Part shown: positions 39,233 through 48,584 of the stretch, piece by piece
Layout: each line of letters begins with the position of its first letter
Numbering within the stretch: position 1 is the first letter of the stretch
NCBI GenBank assembly: GCA_963764175.1
Contig: CAVXRE010000004.1
Coordinates: 7,184-71,183 of the forward strand
Length of the DNA stretch: 64,000 bases
Origin: an uncultured Verrucomicrobiae bacterium
GTDB lineage: Bacteria; Verrucomicrobiota; Verrucomicrobiia; Limisphaerales; UBA11358
Direction of reading: 5' to 3'
Translations under genes and position numbers: made by a program
The notes under the pieces: model-generated
What the model saw: the letters and a program-made list of their open reading frames with translations, nothing else
What the model was told of the DNA's origin: nothing
Databases searched by the model: none

Positions 39233-39979
39233 CTAAAGTCCGCGCGCCACTGTCCAGACACAAACATCCGCCGCGCCGGTGGCCAAAAGCGCTTGCGCGC
39301 ATGCGCTCGTGGTCGCGCCCGTCGTAAAAACGTCATCCACCAAAATCACCCGCTCGCCGTCCAGCATCGCGCCGTTTCTCGTCGCAAACGCGCCGCGCAT
39401 GTTCGCCGCGCGTTGCGGTCGTGTCAGCCGCGTCTGGGTGCTTGTAAACATGACACGCCGGAGCAGCTTGCTGTTCACCCGGATGTTTGCGGCGGCACCG
39501 AGCTGAATGGCCAGGCGCTCGGCCTGGTTGAATTCCCGCTCGCGTTGCTTCAACGAATGCAGCGGCACGGGTACGATCAAATCCCAGCTTTGTCCGCGCA
39601 GGGCGGGCATGGCTTCGCGCAAAAGCAGGCCGGCGAGGAATGGCTCGAACCACAGTGCCCGCTGGTATTTGTAGCGATGGATGACTTCCAGCGCGGCGCC
39701 GCGTGCGACAACCGCAGACCGCGCCGCGCTGAAGTGCAGTTCCATTTCGCGGCAATTCGCGCATTCGAACGGTGTCGTCAAATCCCCTTCAAACGGCAGG
39801 CCGCATCGCTGGCAGAAGGGCGGTTTGATGAAGCGCACGTGCGACCAGCAACGGCGGCACACGTAGCCTTCGTCTGCCGTGGCGCGCTGCTCGCCGCAAA
39901 GCTGGCAGATTTCTGGATACAAAAAGCCGAGGCCTACATTGATCCAGTTTTGAAACGACGTGGCAGCGGCCGTCATCAT
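39233..39979 (-). CDS. ComF family protein (double zinc ribbon plus phosphoribosyltransferase)
   Basis: Four CxxC motifs, VPVPLH, FNQA, LVDDVFTTGAT; ATGA overlap with upstream gene. Confidence 0.9.
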   Translation of the reverse strand: MMTAAATSFQNWINVGLGFLYPEICQLCGEQRATADEGYVCRRCWSHVRFIKPPFCQRCGLPFEGDLTTPFECANCREMELHFSAARSAVVARGAALEVIHRYKYQRALWFEPFLAGLLLREAMPALRGQSWDLIVPVPLHSLKQREREFNQAERLAIQLGAAANIRVNSKLLRRVMFTSTQTRLTRPQRAANMRGAFATRNGAMLDGERVILVDDVFTTGATTSACAQALLATGAADVCVWTVARGL

Positions 39980-40875
39980 GAAATGGTGAACGCCTGACGT
40001 TTGTTCAGGACCGGCAGGTGGTTGAAAACGGCGAGCGTGGTGCCGAGCACCAAAAACGCCAGCCAGCCGTCTATCATTTTGCCCGTGCCCCAAAACCAGG
40101 CGGCGGTTTGGGGAACGTCAACGGTGAATGCGCCGAAAATCTTGAGCCAGAAAATCCAGCCGGCATGCAGGCCGATGGAAAAATAAAGATTGCCCGTGCG
40201 CTGATACGCCAGGCCTAGCAACACGCCCGCCAGTGTCAGGCTGAAAAAGCCCGGAACGAGCGCATGAACATTCGCGAATCCGCCCAACATCCGCGGCAGC
40301 AATTCGAGGCCGGAATGCCAGGCGATTGCGCCGGTCAAATCAGCGCGCTGGAGAAAATGGACGAGCGCGTAAACCAGGCTGCTCAACACCAGCGCCAGCG
40401 GCCAGTAAAACATGCGGCGAAGCCCGCCGAACACGCCGCCGCGGAACAGGATTTCCTCGAGCGTGGCAACGACCGCCGCCGTTCCCGCCGCGCCCAAAAT
40501 TGTTCCGGCGATTTTTCCTGCCGAGGCGCCTGCCGCAAGCCCGCGCCCGCCGGAGAGCAAAGCAATCCCCGCGACCACCGCCAGCGAGATGAAGCCGAGC
40601 AAAAGACCGCCGAACAATTTTTTTGACTGGCCGTAGGGCGGAACGAGGCCGGTTTCGCGCGGTGACTTCGCGCCGAGCGCGCGCAGCAACGGCCACACGC
40701 CGGCCAGGGCGAGAATCAGAAAAGAACGGTCCATGAACCGATGAAACGGCGCGCTGGCGAGTTTGGGAACCGACTGGGCGAAATGTTGGGCGAGCCAGTA
40801 AAGCCATGGCGCCAGCAAGGCGCCACCGAAAAACACCGCGACAATGTAGATGACCAGCGCCCAAAGAGGCCGCAT
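39976..40875 (-). CDS. CPBP/CAAX family intramembrane metalloprotease
   Basis: EEILFRG, YALVH, IGLHAGW motifs; multi-TM. Confidence 0.9.
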   Translation of the reverse strand: MRPLWALVIYIVAVFFGGALLAPWLYWLAQHFAQSVPKLASAPFHRFMDRSFLILALAGVWPLLRALGAKSPRETGLVPPYGQSKKLFGGLLLGFISLAVVAGIALLSGGRGLAAGASAGKIAGTILGAAGTAAVVATLEEILFRGGVFGGLRRMFYWPLALVLSSLVYALVHFLQRADLTGAIAWHSGLELLPRMLGGFANVHALVPGFFSLTLAGVLLGLAYQRTGNLYFSIGLHAGWIFWLKIFGAFTVDVPQTAAWFWGTGKMIDGWLAFLVLGTTLAVFNHLPVLNKRQAFTIS

Positions 40876-40881
40876 GACCGG

Positions 40882-40910
40882 AGGATAAACGCGGCGGCGG
40901 TTTACGCCAA
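40882..40910 (-). promoter_or_regulatory. Putative sigma70 promoter giving leaderless mRNA for the CAAX-comF-accD genes
   Basis: TTGGCG-17 nt-TATCCT-6 nt-ATG. Confidence 0.55.
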
Positions 40911-40999
40911 GCGCGAATTCCTGTCACCCATTGAGATCGAACCGCGTCTGGAATGCCGCAGGAAACAGGTTTTGATGGCGTTTGCGGAAGGGATATGTT

Positions 41000-41869
41000 A
41001 TGAAGCTGGCGACAATGGCGAATGCTTCACAAAGCACAACAGGGCCCGATGGAATGACGCAAAAGAAGTTCGGGCGGTTTTATCTTCAGGAACTTCTGAA
41101 CAATGGCGGCATGGCGGAAATCTGGCTGGTCACCGACGGCCGCGGAAAGCCTTTTGCGCTGCGGCGGTTGCGCGATGGTCTGCGGTTCAATCTGCTGGCA
41201 CGCCGGCGTTTTCGCCACGGCTGCGAGGTGTTGTCGCACCTGAATCAAAGCGAGCACGTCGTCGGCTATGTCGAGCATGGCCGGATGGATGGCACGCTTT
41301 TCATGCTGATGGATTACGTGGAGGCGGAAAATTTGAAGATGCTTTTTGGGCGGCAGGATCCGGTGTTGACCGAAAACGTGGCGCAAATCCTGATTGATAT
41401 GGCCCTCGGCCTCACAGACGTGCACGAAAGCGGTTACATGCACCTCGATTTCAAGCCGGAAAATGTTCTCGTCTCGCGCAACGGCAGCGTGCGGCTGATT
41501 GATTTTGACCTCGCCCTGCCGATTCCCGAAAAGCCGAAGAAGCTGTCCAAAAACCCCGGCACGCCGTCCTACATGGCGCCCGAACAATTGCAACGCAAGC
41601 CCATTGACCCGCGCGCGGACATTTTTGCCTACGGCGTCGCGGCCTACGAACTGGTGACGAATCAAAAGCCATTTCCCGGCGATACGCCCGGCGAAATTCT
41701 GGCGCGCCAGCTCGATAGTTCAGGCCCGACACCGCCGCGCGAGCACAACCCCGATATTCCCGCCGTGCTCGAAAAGGTCATTTTGAAGTGCCTCGCGCGC
41801 GACCCCGACCGGCGTTATCCGTTCATGAGCGTCCTCGTCCGTGATTTGCAGAACGCGTTATACTTGTAA
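41000..41869 (+). CDS. Stand-alone Hanks-type Ser/Thr protein kinase with atypical motifs
   Basis: GGMAEIW, HLDFKPEN, IDFD, GTPSYMAPEQ, DIFAYG; start uncertain (41000, 41015 or 41054). Confidence 0.85.
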   Translation: MKLATMANASQSTTGPDGMTQKKFGRFYLQELLNNGGMAEIWLVTDGRGKPFALRRLRDGLRFNLLARRRFRHGCEVLSHLNQSEHVVGYVEHGRMDGTLFMLMDYVEAENLKMLFGRQDPVLTENVAQILIDMALGLTDVHESGYMHLDFKPENVLVSRNGSVRLIDFDLALPIPEKPKKLSKNPGTPSYMAPEQLQRKPIDPRADIFAYGVAAYELVTNQKPFPGDTPGEILARQLDSSGPTPPREHNPDIPAVLEKVILKCLARDPDRRYPFMSVLVRDLQNALYL

Positions 41870-41950
41870 GGAACCGTTTGCAGAACCGAGGTGATGTGGT
41901 TCTGATCTTCCAGAAACGGGGAAGCGCTCAAAGCGTCCCGACATCAGGTT

Positions 41951-44900
41951 CTACTTTTTTGCGGACGACTCAACGAACAGCCGCTTGAGTTGTTGCGCGA
42001 CTTCTTTAATCCACTCGTTGCCGGGAAGCGCGTAGGGACGGAAGGTTTCGATGGAGCCTTCCCGGTCGTTGTAAAGGAGCGCGCGATGAAGCCCGAGCGT
42101 GCTGGCGTTTGGGGCGTCAATCAAACTGGCGGAATCCCCGGCGCTCATCTGGAACAGCACGCGCATTTCAAATTCGCTCATCGTCTTCCGGCCCAGGAAC
42201 CGGTTCACGTTGTTGTAGGTGTCGCAGGTGGCGATGACATGAAACCCGGAAGCGGGTCCTTCGTTGATGAGATTTTGCAGCACGGCGGCGGGCTGCGCGG
42301 CTTCGGAACCGCCCGATGAGAAACCAAACTCATCCTCCATCCGGAGCTTCTTGAAATTCTGCAGTCCGTGAACCAGGAAAAATGTCTCGGGCGCCTTGGC
42401 GGACGGCTCATCGTCCGAACGATGTTTCAGGTCGGTTGCCAGACGGCCCATAATTTCCGGCAGTTCACCGTGCGCGACGCGGACAATTTCATGCGGGATG
42501 GCGCAGATGACGCGCTCCAGAAAGTCGCGTTGCGGGACGCCGGGTGGCGTGTTGTCGAGCAGGAAGAACCGCGCGGCACTCTTCGGAAACTGCGCCGCCA
42601 GCGATACGAGCGCGACGGACAAAATTGTCAGCGCGGGTTCCTCGCTTTGGCCGACGACCAGCAGGTTGCTGCCGCTTTGCCTTTGGAAAGCCGCTTCGGT
42701 CGGCCCTTTGATGGCATTTGGCGCGCCCAGCCAGACGCGTGAGTGCGCTGGCGCCTTGACAGGTTTTTTCTGGAGCAGCGCGCGCAACGGAATATTTTCC
42801 TTCACGTCCGCGGGCGCGTTGCCTTCAAACACAAATGGTCCCGCATACTGGTTTTTCTTCTGATCGGCGCGTTCGCGGATTTTCGCGAGAAAACGGTCGC
42901 GCACTTCTTCCGGCAACCAGACCGTCTGAAACGGACTGTTGCCTTCGATGGAACCCGCGGAATCGTTGTAGATGCCTTCGCCGGGACGCGAGAGCAGCCG
43001 CGGCGCGGGATTGTCCTGGTCCATGATCAGATAGGCGTCCGCCTCGTTGCACATGAGCGCGATGCGGATGACCATCTGGCCGATGGTGGCGCGGGCGAGT
43101 GTGTAGGCGCCGCCGAGCGTCTGCGAACCGAGCAGCACGTGGATGCCAAAGGCGCGGCCCTGCCGGACAATGCGGTCGAGCAACACGGCTGCGCCCTGTG
43201 ATACCCGGTCTTCCTCGGTAAAATATTCCTGAAACTCGTCAATGATGAGCAGCGCGCGCGGCATCGGCTCGGCGCCGCCCGCCCTTTTGTAACCGGCGAC
43301 GTCCTGCACGCCGAGTTCGCGGAACAAATCGCCGCGCCGGCGCAATTCCGCGTCCACGCGCTCCAGCACGCTCAACCCGAACTCGCGGTCGCTTTCGATG
43401 GCGACGACTTTTGCGTGCGGCAACCGGCGGGTGGCGTAGCATTTGAACTCGACGCCTTTCTTGAAGTCCACGAGATAAAACTCGACCTGCTCCGGGCTGC
43501 ACCACAACGCGAGGTTGGTGATGATGACGTGGAACAGGGTGGACTTGCCCGAACCGGTCTTGCCGGCAATCAACGCGTGCTGGCGCGTGCCCTTGCCGAT
43601 TTCGAGCCGTTGCAGCTTGGTCGCGCCGGAACGTCCGATGGGCACCGTGAGTTCCTCGGATGTGTCCTCCGTCCAGATTTTGGCCGGCGGGGGGGCCACC
43701 TGCTCAAAGGGCACTTCGACGCGATTTGAATCCCTGCCGCTTTCGCCGACGCGGCGCAAAAACTCCGTGACGAGCTCCGGTGGCGGCGGCGCGTCAAGCG
43801 TCAGGCGTGTTCCGTCAGGCTGATTGTTCTCCAGCCGGAAACTGCCGTCGCCCCGGACAAGGCATACGCTGCTTTTGCGGAGTTCGTCGGCAACAAAACC
43901 CTGGGGCAGGGCATGCCGGCGGTCCCAATGAATCAACGTAAACACGCCGCAGCGGGCGCCGCTGGTGGCGATGTTGATGAGGCGGCGGCCGGCTGTTTCG
44001 CTGAAGTTCACGGGAAAATCGGCGATGACAAGGAAATGATATTTCTCCGCGATGGTGCCGGCCTGGGCATTGTATTCCGCGATCGTTTTGTATTCGTTGC
44101 GGAGATACATTTGGATGACCTTCTCCATGTGTTCGTTCAGCTCCGCCAGTTTTTCCTCGAGCTGCGCGGTTTGCGTCCAGATCCGGCTGTTGATGTGGCT
44201 CTCCTCATAATCGGCCAGGTGCATGAGGCCGGCGAAATTCTGGCCAAGCCCGACCGGGTCAAAAATGGTGAAGCTCAACTTGCCCGGCGGATGGGTCGAA
44301 AGAAGGCGGAAAATGATGTTGTTGATTGCCGCAATCGCTTCGTCGCCTCCGGTCTTTGCCGTTTCAAAAACGATTGAGCCTTGGGCCGGATATTTGAGCG
44401 TGAGCGGGAGGGAAAAATTGGCGGGGAAGGGCAGGGCCAGCCGCTTGTCCTTCAGTGCGGCCCCGGCCAGTTTTCCGGTGTCCACTTCCATGCGCCCGAA
44501 TTTAGCCGCGTTTTTGAATTCCTCGGGAAGCGTCCACTGTTTCCAGACCGGATTCTGCCAGCCGGGAAAAAGTTCCTCCGCCCCGGCGTTGGCAGCGTGG
44601 ATGGTTTCGTGGATCGGCTGGATGCAGTTGTTCCATTCCACGGCCAGCGCCTGCCAGCGGGCCTGAATGTCCGCGTTCACTTTTGTCACTTTCTCCTCGT
44701 GAACTTCGGCAAGTTGTCTGGACTGCGCCTCCGACTCCTGCCGCAGGCGCGCAATGTTGCCGGTCTGGTCGCGTTCGATCTGACTGAATTTTGCGCGGCT
44801 GAGTTGCTCGTTTTTCTTCAGGGCGCGGGACGCCTTTTCATCAGCCGCCTGCGCCCGGGTGCCGCGCGTGCCCACGGCTTCTTTTATGGTTTGCTTCCAC

Positions 44901-45865
44901 TCTTTGTTCAGGTTGCGGCTGGCGTTTTCGAATTCGGTCTGGATTAGTTCCTGTTCCAGCCGGCAGCGCGTCTCGGCCTTTTCAAGGCAAACGTCATGCA
45001 GCCGTCGCGCCGTCGCCAGATTGCGGGCAATGGATCTGGCAGTTGGTCCGGCCCGATATCCGCCATACAAATAAATGGCCAACACGAGCACAAAAACCCC
45101 CGCCAACACCTCGCCAATTTCGCGTTGGGAAATGGAATTCAAGCCGGCCTGCCCAATCAGGAGGGGCCAGAAGACGTGAATCAGCACGAGCACAATCGGC
45201 AACAGCCAGATCGGGAAAAACCTGAAAAATCGCGGCAATGGGAATTTTTTGAAGCCGTCCAGCTCACGTCGGGTCGGCGCAGGCAGGCGGTGAAGTTCGT
45301 CCAATAATTTATACTCGTCCGGAGCCTGGTCGGGTTCAGGCCATTGCCGGTTGGGAGAAAGCAGCCTGAGAAATTTGCCGTAGCCGCGAAATGCGCTCCG
45401 GGTGTCTTTTTCCAACAAATTGAAAGCATCGCGACTTCCGGTCAGTCTGGTTTTGAAGTCCGCCAGGGTCGCAGCGGCATTCGCCAGTCCTGCTTCACGG
45501 TCGCGTTCCGCCTGGGTCGAGCCTTCCTGTATTTTTTGTTTCCGGCGTCCTTCGCGCCCGCCGACCCCCTCCCGGACCTGCTTTGTGACAACGAGGTGGG
45601 CCTGGGTGATCCACGCCTTCCGCTTTTCAAATTTGGATTGCCATTTGCGCTTTTCAGTTTCAAATGCGTCCTCGGCATCGGCGATGGCCACCGCCAGACG
45701 CGACTCCTGCCTTTGCGTGGCCGAATCGAATGCTTTTGTTTCCGCAGCCGACCGTGTTCGAAATTCGCCGGCAAGTTTTTCCTCCCGCGCGGCAAAATCC
45801 TGAATGGCGCCTCGGAGCCGGCCCAGAAGCGCAACCGTTTCATTTATTCCCAGATGGCTACTCAC
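41951..45865 (-). CDS. Membrane-anchored FtsK/SpoIIIE-domain ATPase (EccC/EssC-like) with coiled coils
   Basis: Coiled coil, 2 TM, coiled coil, three P-loop-fold repeats; intact GKTGSGKS and LLIIDEFQ, RQGRAFGIH; GTG 45865 overlaps upstream stop. Confidence 0.88.
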   Translation of the reverse strand: MSSHLGINETVALLGRLRGAIQDFAAREEKLAGEFRTRSAAETKAFDSATQRQESRLAVAIADAEDAFETEKRKWQSKFEKRKAWITQAHLVVTKQVREGVGGREGRRKQKIQEGSTQAERDREAGLANAAATLADFKTRLTGSRDAFNLLEKDTRSAFRGYGKFLRLLSPNRQWPEPDQAPDEYKLLDELHRLPAPTRRELDGFKKFPLPRFFRFFPIWLLPIVLVLIHVFWPLLIGQAGLNSISQREIGEVLAGVFVLVLAIYLYGGYRAGPTARSIARNLATARRLHDVCLEKAETRCRLEQELIQTEFENASRNLNKEWKQTIKEAVGTRGTRAQAADEKASRALKKNEQLSRAKFSQIERDQTGNIARLRQESEAQSRQLAEVHEEKVTKVNADIQARWQALAVEWNNCIQPIHETIHAANAGAEELFPGWQNPVWKQWTLPEEFKNAAKFGRMEVDTGKLAGAALKDKRLALPFPANFSLPLTLKYPAQGSIVFETAKTGGDEAIAAINNIIFRLLSTHPPGKLSFTIFDPVGLGQNFAGLMHLADYEESHINSRIWTQTAQLEEKLAELNEHMEKVIQMYLRNEYKTIAEYNAQAGTIAEKYHFLVIADFPVNFSETAGRRLINIATSGARCGVFTLIHWDRRHALPQGFVADELRKSSVCLVRGDGSFRLENNQPDGTRLTLDAPPPPELVTEFLRRVGESGRDSNRVEVPFEQVAPPPAKIWTEDTSEELTVPIGRSGATKLQRLEIGKGTRQHALIAGKTGSGKSTLFHVIITNLALWCSPEQVEFYLVDFKKGVEFKCYATRRLPHAKVVAIESDREFGLSVLERVDAELRRRGDLFRELGVQDVAGYKRAGGAEPMPRALLIIDEFQEYFTEEDRVSQGAAVLLDRIVRQGRAFGIHVLLGSQTLGGAYTLARATIGQMVIRIALMCNEADAYLIMDQDNPAPRLLSRPGEGIYNDSAGSIEGNSPFQTVWLPEEVRDRFLAKIRERADQKKNQYAGPFVFEGNAPADVKENIPLRALLQKKPVKAPAHSRVWLGAPNAIKGPTEAAFQRQSGSNLLVVGQSEEPALTILSVALVSLAAQFPKSAARFFLLDNTPPGVPQRDFLERVICAIPHEIVRVAHGELPEIMGRLATDLKHRSDDEPSAKAPETFFLVHGLQNFKKLRMEDEFGFSSGGSEAAQPAAVLQNLINEGPASGFHVIATCDTYNNVNRFLGRKTMSEFEMRVLFQMSAGDSASLIDAPNASTLGLHRALLYNDREGSIETFRPYALPGNEWIKEVAQQLKRLFVESSAKK

Positions 45866-46070
45866 AGTCTTTCCTGACTTTGGCCAGGATTTCATCCAAT
45901 TTTTCCAGCACGATGACCGTTCTGTCCACGTTGGCGAAAAGTTCGGTCATGTAGCGTTGCTCGAATTCAAGACTCTTGGCGTCCTTCCAGTAATTCTTGG
46001 TCTCGCCCCATCGGGTTGCAAGCCCCTTCGAAAGTGACACGAGCCGGTTTTTGATTCCGCTTGGATTCAT
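45858..46070 (-). CDS. Small helical WXG100-like protein (70 aa)
   Basis: MNPSGIK...NYWKDAKSLEF...; ATGA overlap with upstream gene, overlaps FtsK start. Confidence 0.7.
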   Translation of the reverse strand: MNPSGIKNRLVSLSKGLATRWGETKNYWKDAKSLEFEQRYMTELFANVDRTVIVLEKLDEILAKVRKDCE

Positions 46071-46609
46071 GATCGTTTTTTCTCCCCGTCTTCCGGCCCG
46101 GCTTCGATTCCGGCCTCCGGAGGGGATGCGGCGGGCGCGGCGACCGAGGCATACGCATCGAGTTTTTTCACCACTTGGGCCAGATAAACGACCGCGCGTC
46201 CCATGTCGGACGTCAGGAATCCTTGCAACTGGTTCAACTGTTTGAGCAACGGGTCCGTTTGATTCTCCAGCTCGCGGCCCCATTTTTTTATCATCAACAG
46301 TTTGCCTTCGCCCTCCCTGACGGCGCGTTCCGCCCGTTGCACGGCCATGAGCTGGAGCGCCGTTGATTCCTGAAATTGGGAGAGCCGGGCGCTGAACAAT
46401 TCCGCCCGCTTTTCCTCAAGTTTCCGGCCACGGACGCGCATTTCGCCGTTCCAGTGCGCCCGCCGATCATTCTGGACCCAGGAACGGGCGCGAAGAATCT
46501 CGTCGCACGCCTCCTCGAGGGAGGCGCGCGCCTTTTTTAAGAATACAATCAGGTTTGCCCGGAAGGATTCCACGGCCTCCACTGAAGTGACTTGGGCGCG
46601 TTCGGCCAT
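46067..46609 (-). CDS. All-helical hypothetical protein in WXG100/FtsK operon
   Basis: 180 aa with coiled-coil character and HWNGE motif; tightly coupled spacing. Confidence 0.75.
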   Translation of the reverse strand: MAERAQVTSVEAVESFRANLIVFLKKARASLEEACDEILRARSWVQNDRRAHWNGEMRVRGRKLEEKRAELFSARLSQFQESTALQLMAVQRAERAVREGEGKLLMIKKWGRELENQTDPLLKQLNQLQGFLTSDMGRAVVYLAQVVKKLDAYASVAAPAASPPEAGIEAGPEDGEKKRS

Positions 46610-46615
46610 GAAAAA

Positions 46616-46888
46616 TCAACGTTGATGGAGATATTCCTCGATGCGCTGGGCTTTTCTCAAAAGATAAGGTGTGTGCTCCTTTGAGAGTTCGTTGAATTTC
46701 TTCAACGCCTTCATCGCCAGTTTGAATTCCTCGGCGAACTTCTCGTGTTCCTGGTCCTGCCATGTGTCGCCAAGCGCGGCAAAACGCGACTGGAGCAGGA
46801 TGATCCGGTTTTCCAGGTCGGCATTAAACCGGTGCAGTTCGTCGGCAAATCGCCGCACCTTTTCGGGATCCATGATTGCTTGCGCCAT
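46616..46888 (-). CDS. WXG100/ESAT-6-like protein (90 aa, W-x-D variant)
   Basis: MAQAIMDPEKVRRFA, central LGDTWQDQEHEKF, helix-turn-helix hairpin size; purine-rich RBS. Confidence 0.8.
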   Translation of the reverse strand: MAQAIMDPEKVRRFADELHRFNADLENRIILLQSRFAALGDTWQDQEHEKFAEEFKLAMKALKKFNELSKEHTPYLLRKAQRIEEYLHQR

Positions 46889-46975
46889 CTTTTCCCTTTC
46901 GTTGGATTACTTTTCCTGCCATCAAGATAATCGAGAAATGCCCCGGCATACAGCCCTTTTTTGCCGTCATAAATG

Positions 46976-47004
46976 TTGCCTTGCGCCAGCGGGGTTAATA
47001 CTTT
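46976..47004 (+). promoter_or_regulatory. Putative sigma70 promoter of ara cluster
   Basis: TTGCCT-17 nt-TACTTT upstream of araA. Confidence 0.5.
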
Positions 47005-47046
47005 GGCGGAACAAACAATACCATCGGCCAACCTTGGCTCCACAAA

Positions 47047-48558
47047 ATGATCAATCTCAAACAATTTGAAGTTTGGTTCGTCACCGGCAGCCAGCATCTC
47101 TACGGTCCTGAAACCTTGAAAAAGGTGGCCGCGCACTCGCAGGAAATCGCCAGGGCGTTGAATGTCGCGCCCGCGATTCCGGTCAAGGTCGTCTTCAAAC
47201 CGGTGATGACCACGCCGGAGGACATCACTGCGCTCTGCCAGGAAGCGAACAACGCGCCCAAATGCATCGGTCTCATCACCTGGTGCCATACGTTTTCACC
47301 GTCGAAAATGTGGATCAATGGCCTCAAGCAGCTTCGCCAGCCGGTGGCGCATCTGCATACGCAATATAATCGCGACATCCCGTGGGCCACGATTGACATG
47401 GATTTCATGAACATGAACCAGGCCGCCCATGGCGACCGGGAACACGGGTTCATCTGGAGCCGGCTGCGCCTCAACCGCAAGGTCGTCGTCGGTTTCTGGC
47501 AGGAAAAGTCCGTCCAGCAAAAACTGGGCGCTTGGTGCCGCGCCGCCGCCGCGTGGCACGACTGGCAGGGGGCGAAATTTTGCCGGTTCGGCGATAACAT
47601 GCGCGAGGTGGCCGTGACCGAGGGCGACAAGGTGGCCGCGCAGTTAAAGTTCGGTTACTCGGTGAATGGCTACGGCGTCGGCGATCTGGTCAAATCCGTC
47701 AACGCAGTTTCCGCGAAAGCCATTGACAAACTGGTCCAGGAATACCAGGACACCTACCAGGTGGCTGCGGATTTACGCAAGGGCGGCGCCCGCCATGATT
47801 CCGTGCGCGAGGCCGCCAACATCGAACTCGGCCTGCGCGCGTTCCTGAAGGCCGGCAATTTCAAGGGCTTCACCACCACGTTCGAGGATTTGCACGGGCT
47901 GGCCCAGCTTCCCGGCATTTCCGCCCAGCGGCTCATGGCCGATGGCTACGGCTTTGGCGCTGAAGGCGATTGGAAGACGGCGGCGCTGCTGCGGGCGATG
48001 AAGGTAATGGCCGGCGGCCTGCCTGGCGGCACCTCGTTCATGGAGGATTACACGTATCATCTCGACCCGAAGGGTAAAAAGGTCCTCGGCGCGCACATGC
48101 TGGAAATCTGCCCGTCCATCGCCGACGGCAAACCTTCCCTGCAGGTGCATCCGCTCGGCATCGGTGGCAAGGCCGACCCGGCGCGGCTCGTTTTCAACAC
48201 ACCTGCGGGTCCGGCGTTGAACGCGTCGCTGATTGACCTTGGCAACCGATTCCGTCTGCTGGTCAACGAAGTGGATGTCGTCCAGCCGGACCAGCCGATG
48301 CCCAGGCTGCCCGTCGCCCGGGCGGTCTGGGAATGCCGGCCGGATTTCGAAACGGCCTGCGCCTCGTGGATCTACGCCGGCGGTGCGCATCACACCGGCT
48401 TCAGCCAGGCCGTCACCGCCGGGATGCTCGAAGATTTCGCGGCCATCGCCGACCTGGAATTTTTGCTCATCGGCGAAAAGACCACGGTCTCCGAATTCAA
48501 AAAGGAACTTCGCTGGAACGAAGTTTATCACGCCCTTAACCGGGGTTGGGCGGTCTAA
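47047..48558 (+). CDS. araA: L-arabinose isomerase
   Basis: [44 protein letters not shown]. Confidence 0.97.
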   Translation: MINLKQFEVWFVTGSQHLYGPETLKKVAAHSQEIARALNVAPAIPVKVVFKPVMTTPEDITALCQEANNAPKCIGLITWCHTFSPSKMWINGLKQLRQPVAHLHTQYNRDIPWATIDMDFMNMNQAAHGDREHGFIWSRLRLNRKVVVGFWQEKSVQQKLGAWCRAAAAWHDWQGAKFCRFGDNMREVAVTEGDKVAAQLKFGYSVNGYGVGDLVKSVNAVSAKAIDKLVQEYQDTYQVAADLRKGGARHDSVREAANIELGLRAFLKAGNFKGFTTTFEDLHGLAQLPGISAQRLMADGYGFGAEGDWKTAALLRAMKVMAGGLPGGTSFMEDYTYHLDPKGKKVLGAHMLEICPSIADGKPSLQVHPLGIGGKADPARLVFNTPAGPALNASLIDLGNRFRLLVNEVDVVQPDQPMPRLPVARAVWECRPDFETACASWIYAGGAHHTGFSQAVTAGMLEDFAAIADLEFLLIGEKTTVSEFKKELRWNEVYHALNRGWAV

Positions 48559-48584
48559 GAAACCCGGCAATCGCAGCGCAATCC

